Positions 19,115 to 27,940 of a DNA stretch of 46,814 bases are shown in pieces. The translations under genes and the position numbers were made by a program. Location of the stretch: IMG/VR virus record IMGVR_UViG_3300010366_000018, positions 1 through 46,814 of that record. One strand, given 5' to 3'. Within the stretch, counting starts at the first letter, position 1. Each line of letters begins with the position of its first letter. The notes below the pieces were generated by a model that had not been told where the DNA came from, searched no databases, and saw only the letters and a list, made by a program, of their open reading frames with translations. Source of the stretch: a virus (taxonomy: Duplodnaviria > Caudoviricetes).

Positions 19115-21550
19115 TTACTCATTATACACGATCCCCAATCCCGATGCGTCAGGCGTGCCGGTCCAATGCCTGTCGTAGTCTACGTCAGCTATGATGGGGA
19201 TGTCGATATCCACCCCGAATGTCTTCTTGAGTGGCAAATTCTCCATGACCTCCTTGATGAGCGGGGCTATTTCTTCGACGGAGTCTTCGCGGACTTGGAT
19301 GAAGATCGCGTCGTGGAGCGTACCGACAAGGAAAGCAGTTCTCGGGTCAAGCTGAGGCGCGAGCTGTACCATCGAGAAGAGCATAAGATCACTCGCGGTA
19401 GCCTGGACGGGGGAATTGATTGCTTGCCGTTCGGCCTCCATACGGACACTGTTATCAGAGGAGAGGATATCTGGTAGATGTCGAATCCTCCCGAGTGGCG
19501 AAACGACCCGGTGATAATTGTGCGCCACCCTCCTCTGCCGATCATGCCACGACTCCAAATCGGAAAACATGCTGAAGTACTTCGAGCGCGCGAGCTCCGC
19601 TTCGGCCAATGAAACCTCGATCTCGTAGTTCTCGAACGCGTAGCTCTGAAACTTCTTCGGGTACATCCCGTACAGGAAACCGAAGTTCACCGCCTTCGCT
19701 CGCTTCCTCTCCTCCTTCGTCACCTGGCTCGCGGATTTCCCAGTAAGAGAGCACGCTGTAACCATGTGCAAGTCCTGCCCCGTAAGGAAGCTCCTCCGCA
19801 TACGCCGTTCCTTCGCTACGTGGGCAGCGATGCGTAACTCGATCTGGGAGTAGTCCGCCTGTACGAAGCACCACCCCTCCGGAGCACCGATCACACCACG
19901 TATAAATGAGTCCCTCGGTACCTGCTGCAGGTCCCCAGACAATCTGCCAGTCACTGTTCCGTACAGCTTGTACGTGGTATGCAGACGAGATCTGGAATCC
20001 AGTTTCGTGGACCACGGTAAGAGATAAGTGTTCATCCATTTCAGCTGAAGTGTCCTATATTCGAGAAGGGCCCGTATGGCTGGATGGTCGTGGTAGTGGA
20101 GTAGAACCGCCTCCTTCGTCGAAGGGCGCCCCGATGCTGTCGTCTCAAGTGGGGAAAGCCCAAGCCCCTTTCGAGAGAAAAGCCAACGCCCAAGCTGCTG
20201 CGTGGAATTGAAGTTGAAATCCTCGCGCCACGATCTGGGTAGATGCTCACGCAACACCTCCTTGCGGTCGTCGATCTCCCCCTGAAGAATCGCCATCCTG
20301 TGGAACAGGCGCTTCCGATCAACGTACATGCCCGCAGCCTCGACCTGCTGGATGACATGCGAAGCAGGCATCATCAGCTTGGCGAACAGTCGTGTCAGGC
20401 GCGGATGCGCGATCAGCTCCTGCCGGAGCTTCGGGTAGATCTGGTGCGTGTAGCCTACATCATTGCCGTTGTACGACGCGATACGCTTGAGCGGTTCCCT
20501 CATTATCTTGTCTGGCTTGAGTTCGACCATCCCCTTGTAGACGTCAGCCCCGAGTACTGACTGGGATAAGAAGCCGAGATTCTTCGGGCGGTTTTCGTCG
20601 AGCAGGTGCGCGGCGAGCATGATGTCAAACCGATGCTCTACGTACACCCGAGCTCCTGCCAGTTGTTGGTTATCATGCTTGCCATTCTGAGCAACAAGCT
20701 TGAGATCACTTCGTCGCAGTGCAGGTCCGAGATAGCGTAGGACGTCCTGCCATCGACTTCGAAAAGGACTCTCGGGGTGACTGAGGGGGACGACGTACGT
20801 GGTCTGACCATCCCAACTGATACCGAGACAAACAATGTCCCATTCGTTTTCCCACGGTCGACCTCGATTCTCCACGTCGTATGAGACAACTGAACCCGCG
20901 GGAAGCCGTTCGAGTTGTCGTCGGAGCCACTTGACAGTCTGAATAGATCCGACATATTTACTTCTGACTGGGACAACTTGGAACTCTCCTCGGATCATGC
21001 GGGCGAAGCGCTTCACGTCTTCAGCCAGCGTCGTGTATTGTCCCGGGTTGCGGAGGATGTACGCGGGGTGGAACGTCGCCATTACCTGGCGCGGCGACCA
21101 AACAGGGTCCTTACAGTCGAGACGCAGGCCTCTCTGCTTCGTAATGCCAGACTTACGAGCCACAGCTTGAAGGGCAGCGTTGCCGAGTAGTAGCACATAT
21201 CCGGGGTCGACCTTACGAGCCTCACGTTCGAGGTAAATTCTACAAGCCTCGAACTCGACCCGATCCGGACGACGGTTGTCAGGCGGGCGACACTTGACAA
21301 CATTGGTAACGTAGCATCCATCCCGATCAAGGCCTGCCTCGTTGAGAACCGTATCGAGGACGCTTCCAGCTCGACCGGCAAAAACACGCCCAGTTCTTGC
21401 TTCGGCTTCACCCGGTGCCTCTCCAATTATCATCACCTCCGTCTTGCGTGTACCACTACCACCAACGCAGACCCGCTCTGTGGTTTCATGCAGCGAGCAG
21501 CGCTCGCAGTCGTGATCCATGTACTTATCCATCGGACTTCTATACGCCAT
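19115..21550 (-). CDS. polA: Family A DNA polymerase with N-terminal family-4 uracil-DNA glycosylase domain and 3'-5' exonuclease
   Basis: UDG: CERC, IIGEAPG..E, NVVKCRPP, TFHPAY; Exo: YDVE, NGKHD, YNGND; Pol: TGRLS, DYSQIELR, KAVNFGFLYG, LHDA; GGAGG RBS at the 21550 start. Confidence 0.95.
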   Translation of the reverse strand: MAYRSPMDKYMDHDCERCSLHETTERVCVGGSGTRKTEVMIIGEAPGEAEARTGRVFAGRAGSVLDTVLNEAGLDRDGCYVTNVVKCRPPDNRRPDRVEFEACRIYLEREARKVDPGYVLLLGNAALQAVARKSGITKQRGLRLDCKDPVWSPRQVMATFHPAYILRNPGQYTTLAEDVKRFARMIRGEFQVVPVRSKYVGSIQTVKWLRRQLERLPAGSVVSYDVENRGRPWENEWDIVCLGISWDGQTTYVVPLSHPESPFRSRWQDVLRYLGPALRRSDLKLVAQNGKHDNQQLAGARVYVEHRFDIMLAAHLLDENRPKNLGFLSQSVLGADVYKGMVELKPDKIMREPLKRIASYNGNDVGYTHQIYPKLRQELIAHPRLTRLFAKLMMPASHVIQQVEAAGMYVDRKRLFHRMAILQGEIDDRKEVLREHLPRSWREDFNFNSTQQLGRWLFSRKGLGLSPLETTASGRPSTKEAVLLHYHDHPAIRALLEYRTLQLKWMNTYLLPWSTKLDSRSRLHTTYKLYGTVTGRLSGDLQQVPRDSFIRGVIGAPEGWCFVQADYSQIELRIAAHVAKERRMRRSFLTGQDLHMVTACSLTGKSASQVTKEERKRAKAVNFGFLYGMYPKKFQSYAFENYEIEVSLAEAELARSKYFSMFSDLESWHDRQRRVAHNYHRVVSPLGRIRHLPDILSSDNSVRMEAERQAINSPVQATASDLMLFSMVQLAPQLDPRTAFLVGTLHDAIFIQVREDSVEEIAPLIKEVMENLPLKKTFGVDIDIPIIADVDYDRHWTGTPDASGLGIVYNE
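19121..19138 (-). promoter_or_regulatory. Promoter -10 element (GGATCGTG-TATAAT), probably for a leaderless transcript
   Basis: TATAAT 7 nt before the ATG at 19113; shares TGGG(G)ATCGTGTATAAT with the 27875 promoter. Confidence 0.55.
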
Positions 21551-21731
21551 GACCCTCCACGGGTATCGACTGACCCGCATCGACCTCGACTACCTCAAGC
21601 TTGTCGCCGCAGATGTCAGCTGCCTGCCTGGCGAACGTGTCCACAGCTGTGTTGACCGTCGCTAGCCAACGATTCACTACCTCCTCGTCCTCAGAGTCGA
21701 CGATCACACAGAACCAAGCGACACGTCTCAA
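21540..21731 (-). CDS. Hypothetical protein (63 aa)
   Basis: Overlaps both neighbours in the operon. Confidence 0.6.
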   Translation of the reverse strand: MRRVAWFCVIVDSEDEEVVNRWLATVNTAVDTFARQAADICGDKLEVVEVDAGQSIPVEGHGV

Positions 21732-22243
21732 GGCAACTGCACCGCCCCGATGTTCGCCATGCGTAGTATCTCGAGGCCTGACGGATCACGGTACTCTTCC
21801 TGGTAGTAAACGCGTCGGATTCCTGCAGCGATCAGAAGCTTCGAGCATGTGTCACATGGGGAAACTGTCACGAACAGGGTGCTCATGTCTGTAGAGATTC
21901 CCTGTTTCGCCGCGAAAGACAATGCGTTCGCTTCTGCATGAGTCGCGTTGCGACACCCGTGCTCCTCAAGCATCAGGCGTGCCATGTCTGCTGCCTCTTC
22001 AGGGTCCATGGCTTCGCGGTACTGAGGTATCATCACCCAGCCGTGTTCGTTGTCCTCGCAGTGAGGTAGCCCAGGAGGCGCACCGTTGTAGCCCCAGCTG
22101 ATGCACCTACCGTCGCGGATGATGACTGCACCGACACCCTTCCTCGGGCACGTTCCCAACCGTGACAACAGCACCGCCATCTGCATGAACACGAGGGTCT
22201 TCGCCTGATCCCTCGCTACCGAACGTAGACTCATCTCACTCAC
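21728..22243 (-). CDS. dCMP deaminase
   Basis: TC.R..VGAVI, GYNGAP.G, HAEANA, SPC..C zinc motifs. Confidence 0.93.
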   Translation of the reverse strand: MSEMSLRSVARDQAKTLVFMQMAVLLSRLGTCPRKGVGAVIIRDGRCISWGYNGAPPGLPHCEDNEHGWVMIPQYREAMDPEEAADMARLMLEEHGCRNATHAEANALSFAAKQGISTDMSTLFVTVSPCDTCSKLLIAAGIRRVYYQEEYRDPSGLEILRMANIGAVQLP

Positions 22244-23003
22244 GAAGATCTCCCTTGTGTGCGTGGAAACTGTACGCGTTGAAGTTCAGGTAGCCCATCT
22301 CGATCATGGGCCAGTTGAGCCGGCCGAGCACGTACTGCCCAAGACGCACAGCCATGTATATGTCATCACGGAAGTGTCGGATGGCGTCACAACTCCTGAT
22401 GGGGTACCACATCTGAAGCCTGTTGTTCCGAACCAGGAAGTGGTAGTGTAGCGTACAGGGGATGCGGCCACCATGCTTTGCGCCTGTATCCTCCGGGAAG
22501 AAGATGGGGAATGTGGCTTGACGCGAGAGTGGGTTCTGAGCGAGGTGGCTAATCACGTCGTTGAGGTCCCCATACGCATAGCGATAGCCGATGGGTACAC
22601 CCTCAGGCTGACGCTTCGTAGGCCAGAATCGCTCCTGGTAAGTGTGCGTGAAGATCCCGCCTGGCATCGAAGCCTCATCTTGCCCGTGCCACCAAGGCCA
22701 GTTCATGTACTCGAAGCCGGGGTTCGTGGGCTCACCCCCGATTCGTTCTTGGAAGTGATCCTCCGCCCACGGGAGGTTCGGTTGAATCATGTCCTGCGCT
22801 TCCTCGATTGACTCAGGCATCTGCGCTGTCCACTGCAGATTGATGATCTCCTTTGTCACGAGGTCGGGCTTACCCTCTGTGGGATAGCCCTGCCATCGAC
22901 CCACATCTATGTCGATGCCCTCGTCCATGAGGTACTCGACCGAGTCTTGGATGGCGTCGGCGATGTACTGGTAGACGTTCACTTGGCGTACAGAGGCTTC
23001 CAT
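22236..23003 (-). CDS. Thymidylate-synthase-fold pyrimidine (hydroxy)methyltransferase, dCMP-type (alternative GTG start 22982)
   Basis: SRQA, IPCTL (catalytic Cys), RSCDAIRHFRDD, SFHAH. Confidence 0.85.
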   Translation of the reverse strand: MEASVRQVNVYQYIADAIQDSVEYLMDEGIDIDVGRWQGYPTEGKPDLVTKEIINLQWTAQMPESIEEAQDMIQPNLPWAEDHFQERIGGEPTNPGFEYMNWPWWHGQDEASMPGGIFTHTYQERFWPTKRQPEGVPIGYRYAYGDLNDVISHLAQNPLSRQATFPIFFPEDTGAKHGGRIPCTLHYHFLVRNNRLQMWYPIRSCDAIRHFRDDIYMAVRLGQYVLGRLNWPMIEMGYLNFNAYSFHAHKGDLRE

Positions 23004-23803
23004 GTCAGGTCCGCCACCGTGACCGTAGGTAAGTACTCTTCAGCTTGGTACTCACGATACCTCCTCATCACGCGCTTCAGGGGCCCGTACTTATTGTCGT
23101 GGATCCCTGCCTCATGGTACTCGCAGATCTTGTCGTACCACTTGCCCACTAGGTTGATCGTCGGGTACTGCTTCCTCAGTGCTGGTAGTTCGAGGTCTTC
23201 GATGTATGCAGTCTTGAACAGCATCGGCAGCGACTTGAACCCGTGGAACTGCAGGGCGTCTACGTGCCAGCGAAACGCGAACTCCTCAGGCTTCACCCCG
23301 ATGCGCTTGCCGATAGTGCGAGCGAGCACATGGGCGAGGGCGAGATCAAGGCCACCAATGTAGGCGATGTAGGACACGCGGGAGTGAAGGATGAGGGTGG
23401 GTTGATCCTTGCGTGCATCTCCACGATACGTCCATCCAAGCATGCAGTTGCCCCACCGATGGCGTTTGCTGTACCGCTCCACGTTTCGTGAGAACATCGA
23501 CGTGCAAGCACCCTTCGCACCCTGCCCCGACGCCAGCTCCTCGCACTTGGTGACGAAGCGAAGCAGTTCTTCCTTCTCCACATAGTCACGCACCAACCTT
23601 GTCCAGCGTTGCTTGTTCAACCACAGATCCCGTCCCATGTCCAGGTCGAACGCCATGCTCTGGCACGAGAGGACGTTGTCGTAGCTGATGATGTCTGCGC
23701 TACCGACACAGTCGACGAGGCCATTGTCGATAGTGCCCCGCCACATGCGCCAGATCGACCCGCGCCACAGATCAGACAGGTCGGTGTACTCCTTACGAAT
23801 CAT
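22979..23803 (-). CDS. Divergent second thymidylate-synthase-fold-like protein
   Basis: WGNCML...TLILHSRVSYIAYIGGLDL...LQFH has the spacing of the TS Cys / RS..D / H core; adjacent to the TS gene. Confidence 0.5.
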   Translation of the reverse strand: MIRKEYTDLSDLWRGSIWRMWRGTIDNGLVDCVGSADIISYDNVLSCQSMAFDLDMGRDLWLNKQRWTRLVRDYVEKEELLRFVTKCEELASGQGAKGACTSMFSRNVERYSKRHRWGNCMLGWTYRGDARKDQPTLILHSRVSYIAYIGGLDLALAHVLARTIGKRIGVKPEEFAFRWHVDALQFHGFKSLPMLFKTAYIEDLELPALRKQYPTINLVGKWYDKICEYHEAGIHDNKYGPLKRVMRRYREYQAEEYLPTVTVADLTWKPLYAK

Positions 23804-23966
23804 GCTTGAGCCTCGTGATGTGCCCCTTCATACCTCGTGGAACCTTGCCGTTCGATGTAGGCTTGATACCCTCGAGCGCCCAGTCTGCTGCCTGACATGC
23901 GGTCACGCCCGCAGGCCTTTCGATGATGACTTGTCCGATCTTCGTTGGATCCCTGTCGTCCTTCAC
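23793..23966 (-). CDS. Hypothetical protein (start uncertain)
   Basis: Fills the gap between the MazG-like and TS-like genes, with overlaps. Confidence 0.45.
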   Translation of the reverse strand: MKDDRDPTKIGQVIIERPAGVTACQAADWALEGIKPTSNGKVPRGMKGHITRLKHDS

Positions 23967-24316
23967 TCTGACACTCCATCCGTCGGATACATAACCCAGT
24001 CCCTCCGCCGGACTGTGTCCCATGCCTCGAGGATCGCCTCCATCAGATCGAAGCCCTCGAGGTCAGCCAACCCGCACATGAAGATCACGAGGTCAGCGCA
24101 CGCATCGCGGATCTCACCGTCGTGGTCAACGCCCTCGCCGCGAATGCCTTGCTCACGCTTGAGTAGATGGTGCGCGAGCTCGCCCATCTCCTCGACCATG
24201 CCCAGCATGACCTGCTCACGCGTTTGCTGTGGGAAGTTGTGCTCGAGCCAGCGTCGATGCTCGATCTGGAGGATTCTCAGACTGCCACTTCTAAGTGGTC
24301 TACCAATCTGTCCCAC
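23963..24316 (-). CDS. MazG-like (all-alpha) NTP pyrophosphohydrolase
   Basis: MVEEMGELA...EIRDACADLVIF; GAGGAGG before GTG at 24316. Confidence 0.85.
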   Translation of the reverse strand: MGQIGRPLRSGSLRILQIEHRRWLEHNFPQQTREQVMLGMVEEMGELAHHLLKREQGIRGEGVDHDGEIRDACADLVIFMCGLADLEGFDLMEAILEAWDTVRRRDWVMYPTDGVSE

Positions 24317-24828
24317 GCGTCCTCCTCGGTGTAGTCGTACTTGACCACGTTCTCGAACAGCGACTGCGCCCACGTGGCGTAGCATGCCCAGTAGGCATTG
24401 TTGACCTTGAGCAACTGCTCGACGGGAACGCCCAGCAGGCGGTCGCGGTCACTGGCCATGACGTTCCTCAGCTGCACCTCCCACGGGGGCAGACAGAAGA
24501 TCATCATCGGCTCGATGTTCCACAGTTTCATGATCCCCTGGGCAAGATGCTCAGGCGGTATCATCAGCTCGCGCGATGGAACTGCCTGCTGGTAGATCGG
24601 ATCGCTGATGTAGAAGCACCTGTCATACACCGTGTGGGCCAGGTCAGTGGACTTCAACGCCAGCTGATCGTCCCACCACTCAGCAAGCCCGTCGTTAGGT
24701 CCGTGCGTCGAGGTCAGAAGCTCAGCTGGCGGACGACGATACTCGAGACCGTAGTGCTCCTCGAGGTTGTGGGCCAGGTGCGTTTTGCCACCACCGTCGG
24801 GGCCTTCAATGATAAGGCAGCTATCCAC
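24277..24828 (-). CDS. Nucleoside monophosphate kinase (thymidylate-kinase-like)
   Basis: IIEGPDGGGKT P-loop and YDR...SDPIY. Confidence 0.8.
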   Translation of the reverse strand: MDSCLIIEGPDGGGKTHLAHNLEEHYGLEYRRPPAELLTSTHGPNDGLAEWWDDQLALKSTDLAHTVYDRCFYISDPIYQQAVPSRELMIPPEHLAQGIMKLWNIEPMMIFCLPPWEVQLRNVMASDRDRLLGVPVEQLLKVNNAYWACYATWAQSLFENVVKYDYTEEDAWDRLVDHLEVAV

Positions 24829-25015
24829 GGGGGCGTTCCATCTGCTCGTGCTTCGTCGAGGACTGAGGCTCATCACCCTCATAGAACTCGACCTCCTTCG
24901 TCAGTATGATTGTCCCTGTCTTCACCTGGATCGCTGCGAACGGCTCACCGACTGAACCACCCTCGTGATTGAACGCCTCGAGCGGTAGTCCCTTGACTAA
25001 CCATCGCGCTGACAC
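24821..25015 (-). CDS. Hypothetical protein (64 aa)
   Basis: AAGGAGGTG RBS + GTG. Confidence 0.6.
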   Translation of the reverse strand: MSARWLVKGLPLEAFNHEGGSVGEPFAAIQVKTGTIILTKEVEFYEGDEPQSSTKHEQMERPRG

Positions 25016-25056
25016 CCCGTACTCACCTCCTTGTCAGTTTGCATACATACATGTTA

Positions 25057-26478
25057 TCACGAATAGAGGAACCGACGCTTGTCCCTGAACAATTCACCGT
25101 GCCAGTCCTCCTTCTTGCGTAGCCCCATCAGTACGCGTCGGTCTACGGATCGTCGGGCGATGATCGCAGAAACACGGACTGGTCGTCGTTGGTTAGGACC
25201 GCGTAATCGGTTGAGGACTTGCCAGAACTGTACCCAACCGTCCGGTAGTGTGAGGAAGACCACTTCGGCAGCGCGTACCAGCTCGATGGATAGGGCACCC
25301 GACTGATGTTGCATGACCAGTGCCTGTGGCGAACGGCGACTCGACTGAAACGTGTGTAGTATGTGAGGCCGATCTCTCCTCCGGGTACGTCCATCGAGTA
25401 CCTGAACGTGAAAACCGGCTCGTGCCAGAACGTCCCTGGCGGAATCAACCTCGGCAGTGAAACGACAGCTAACGACCACCGACTCGTCTTGGTGCACGAG
25501 ATTCTCAGCATACGCTCGGAGGGCCAGAACCTTAGCGTCATGGATCTGACCCCCGTCTGTGACGAACCCGGCCGTAAGCTGAAGTAGACGCAGCCGCAGA
25601 ACACCTTGATTGGCAGCATCCAACACACCAGCATCAGTTTGGACGATGAACTCTTCAGCCAACTCGTCATACTGGTCCCTCACCCTCTGTGGTAGTGTCA
25701 CTGGGAGGACCTGCCAGAACAGCTTGCCCTCGAGGCCAGCCTGCCGTGCTGTGCAGGTAATTGAGTTCTGTCTGATGATCCTCTTTAGTCGCTTGAGGTT
25801 TCGGTATCGAAGTATAACCCACTTACGTCTACCGGTCCCCCGCTCGACATAGTCGTCGTCAAAGTCACCGGCGTTCGTGCCAAGTAGGCTGTCATCCATG
25901 ATACGGAACTGAGCAAACAGGTCCCGCCAGCCCTTCGGATTCGGTGTGCCTGTGAGTTCAAGTACGTACGGACGGCCTCCGTCGTTCCTGCGATTACGAA
26001 GGCGACGCACAAGCCGCCAGGCGTCCTGAGCAGCACGGCCACCTGGACGTTTGTACTCGTGGGATTCGTCGATGACGACAGCATCTGGGTTCCACCTCTC
26101 AATGGTGCGCTGCTTAGGTCGGTGGAGGTTTACGTGGGGGCGGGTCGCGCGGAACGTTTCCTCGCGGGAGCAGAGGAAGAATTGAACATGTGGACCACGC
26201 CCCCTGGGCGGGTAGGTGTACTCGAAGTCCTCGACCTGATACGAGTACCCTGCGTGTTTGCGTAGCTGCTGCATCCAGACGTCGAGGGCAATCGAGGGCG
26301 CGAAGACAGCGACGCGCTGAACTTCCCCCTTCAATGCGAGCACGCCCACCCAGTCGATAGCTACCTTCGTCTTGCCAAGTCGCGGCTCAAACCACACAGC
26401 GAGGTTACGTTTCCTCACTGCTTTGATGACCGCCTTGCTCTGATGCTTGAACGGCTTGGTCTTGGGATGGTACTTCAC
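25057..26478 (-). CDS. SNF2-like superfamily 2 helicase
   Basis: PF.HQ, RLGKT, IDESH, LTGTP, QVLNRLRGPNQ. Confidence 0.88.
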   Translation of the reverse strand: MKYHPKTKPFKHQSKAVIKAVRKRNLAVWFEPRLGKTKVAIDWVGVLALKGEVQRVAVFAPSIALDVWMQQLRKHAGYSYQVEDFEYTYPPRGRGPHVQFFLCSREETFRATRPHVNLHRPKQRTIERWNPDAVVIDESHEYKRPGGRAAQDAWRLVRRLRNRRNDGGRPYVLELTGTPNPKGWRDLFAQFRIMDDSLLGTNAGDFDDDYVERGTGRRKWVILRYRNLKRLKRIIRQNSITCTARQAGLEGKLFWQVLPVTLPQRVRDQYDELAEEFIVQTDAGVLDAANQGVLRLRLLQLTAGFVTDGGQIHDAKVLALRAYAENLVHQDESVVVSCRFTAEVDSARDVLARAGFHVQVLDGRTRRRDRPHILHTFQSSRRSPQALVMQHQSGALSIELVRAAEVVFLTLPDGWVQFWQVLNRLRGPNQRRPVRVSAIIARRSVDRRVLMGLRKKEDWHGELFRDKRRFLYS

Positions 26479-26564
26479 CTATGCCCACCCAACCAGAAGC
26501 CGAGCAGGAAGATCAGGACCGTAGCTACAGTGCCTGCGAGGACGAGCTGGTGTACATGACTCAC
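26475..26564 (-). CDS. Small membrane peptide (29 aa, not in ORF track)
   Basis: MSHVHQLVLAGTVATVLIFLLGFWLGGHR; GTGA overlaps at both ends. Confidence 0.55.
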   Translation of the reverse strand: MSHVHQLVLAGTVATVLIFLLGFWLGGHR

Positions 26565-26809
26565 GGCATGCCAGCTGCGGCACGCGCGTCCATGTCAGCA
26601 CGGAGACGCGCAGCTCGGTAGTCCTGCAACCCCGAGTTGATGCCGTCGATCACCTCCGACCACAGGTGGCTGTTGTTGTTCTGCATGGCCAGGATGCAGC
26701 CACGAAGAAAGATCTCTGCTTCCTCCGAATCGTGGAACTCGAAGCGAAGCGCGAAGGGCTTGAAACGAGGCGGGGCCTTCTTCTCCTCGCCGTTGACCTT
26801 TGCCATCAT
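26561..26809 (-). CDS. Hypothetical protein (82 aa)
   Basis: AAGGAGGAG RBS; operon coupling. Confidence 0.7.
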   Translation of the reverse strand: MMAKVNGEEKKAPPRFKPFALRFEFHDSEEAEIFLRGCILAMQNNNSHLWSEVIDGINSGLQDYRAARLRADMDARAAAGMP

Positions 26810-27543
26810 CTCCTCCTTCTCTTAGCACGACGCGTGCCTTTCCTGAACTTTCTTACCTCCCAGGGTTGGTTCGACCTGCGGAACGTCGACTCCCTGTTAG
26901 TACAGCTGCAGTACGAGCACTCGAGCAGTCTGAGTTTGCGGTCTGCCCATATGTACCGCGCCTTCTCATCGGACCATTTCTTGACCATCGCGTAGAACTC
27001 CTGCGGTGGCTGTACTGACCTGAACCTGCGGGGCTGCATACACAGCGGACACCAATACCACGTCCTGCCCTGCGCGTCCTTGTGCGGCAGCTTCCCTCTA
27101 TATTTGGGTACGATGTAGTAGGGCCTAGTCCTCGAGACGAGAGCAGCGTGCGGATCTACACGTACAGCCTTCGTTGCGATGAACTCCATCGCTACCCATG
27201 GTGACATGAAGTACTTCTTCAACCGCTGACCAGTTCGCGGACTGATCCACGTCACGTACCACGCGAGACGGTTGGACATCTGGTTGTTGGACAACGGCAG
27301 TTCGACGCAGGCCAATACCGTTGGCGGTACGCGCCATTCCCGGTTGCCTGATCGGTAAACACCGTTATCGAGGAGTGAGCGTCCACGTCGATGGCGCTGT
27401 TGGAACCAAGCATACACCTTCTCGGTCCCGTAGCGCCCCTGCAGTAAGTTACCGCTCACCCCCTCGCCGTAGAGATCGCTGAGTCGGCGGACGTGTTTGC
27501 GTAGCTTTCGTGAGCTTGTCCTAGTCTTCTTACTCACGGTCAT
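26806..27543 (-). CDS. Basic hypothetical protein with putative zinc finger (alternative start 27279)
   Basis: WCPLC...ECSYCSC; Arg/Lys-rich termini. Confidence 0.65.
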   Translation of the reverse strand: MTVSKKTRTSSRKLRKHVRRLSDLYGEGVSGNLLQGRYGTEKVYAWFQQRHRRGRSLLDNGVYRSGNREWRVPPTVLACVELPLSNNQMSNRLAWYVTWISPRTGQRLKKYFMSPWVAMEFIATKAVRVDPHAALVSRTRPYYIVPKYRGKLPHKDAQGRTWYWCPLCMQPRRFRSVQPPQEFYAMVKKWSDEKARYIWADRKLRLLECSYCSCTNRESTFRRSNQPWEVRKFRKGTRRAKRRRR

Positions 27544-27757
27544 ACGCCTCACCGAACTCGATGAACTCCTGCGTCTCACGCTCGAGGTAGTCAACCACCG
27601 CCTCTACCTTGTCGCTCAGATTCTCCTTGACCTCGTCAGGAGCATCCGACTGATGCACCGCAGCTTCGACGATACCCGCCGTCACTGCTAACTCGGAACT
27701 TGCCCTTGCGATGTCTCTGAAGTCTGGCAAACGACCTCCTCGTTCGGGGTTTGACAT
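27530..27757 (-). CDS. Hypothetical protein (75 aa)
   Basis: GAGG RBS + ATG; first gene of the leftward operon. Confidence 0.65.
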   Translation of the reverse strand: MSNPERGGRLPDFRDIARASSELAVTAGIVEAAVHQSDAPDEVKENLSDKVEAVVDYLERETQEFIEFGEAYDRE

Positions 27758-27781
27758 AGCCTCAGTTGTCAAGGATCAGGT

Positions 27782-27819
27782 GCGGGGGAGACACACAGGG
27801 TTAGGGGCGTCTCCCCCGC
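27782..27819 (-). other. Leader hairpin
   Basis: GCGGGGGAGAC / GTCTCCCCCGC, 11-bp stem. Confidence 0.65.
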
Positions 27820-27874
27820 GCGGCCCTGCAAGCGTGACGCAGTGATGCAGCACCATCACGCGCGTCACACGTCG

Positions 27875-27903
27875 ATTATACACGATCCCAACACGGCCTG
27901 CAA
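27875..27903 (-). promoter_or_regulatory. Sigma70-type promoter for the leftward replication operon
   Basis: TTGCAG-17 nt-TATAAT. Confidence 0.7.
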
Positions 27904-27911
27904 ATGGCTGA

Positions 27912-27940
27912 TTTTCCAGTCCACGCCAATCATGTATCAT
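27912..27940 (+). promoter_or_regulatory. Divergent promoter for the primase-helicase
   Basis: Weak -35 (TTTTCC)-17 nt-TATCAT, preceded by the shared ATCATG spacer motif. Confidence 0.4.
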
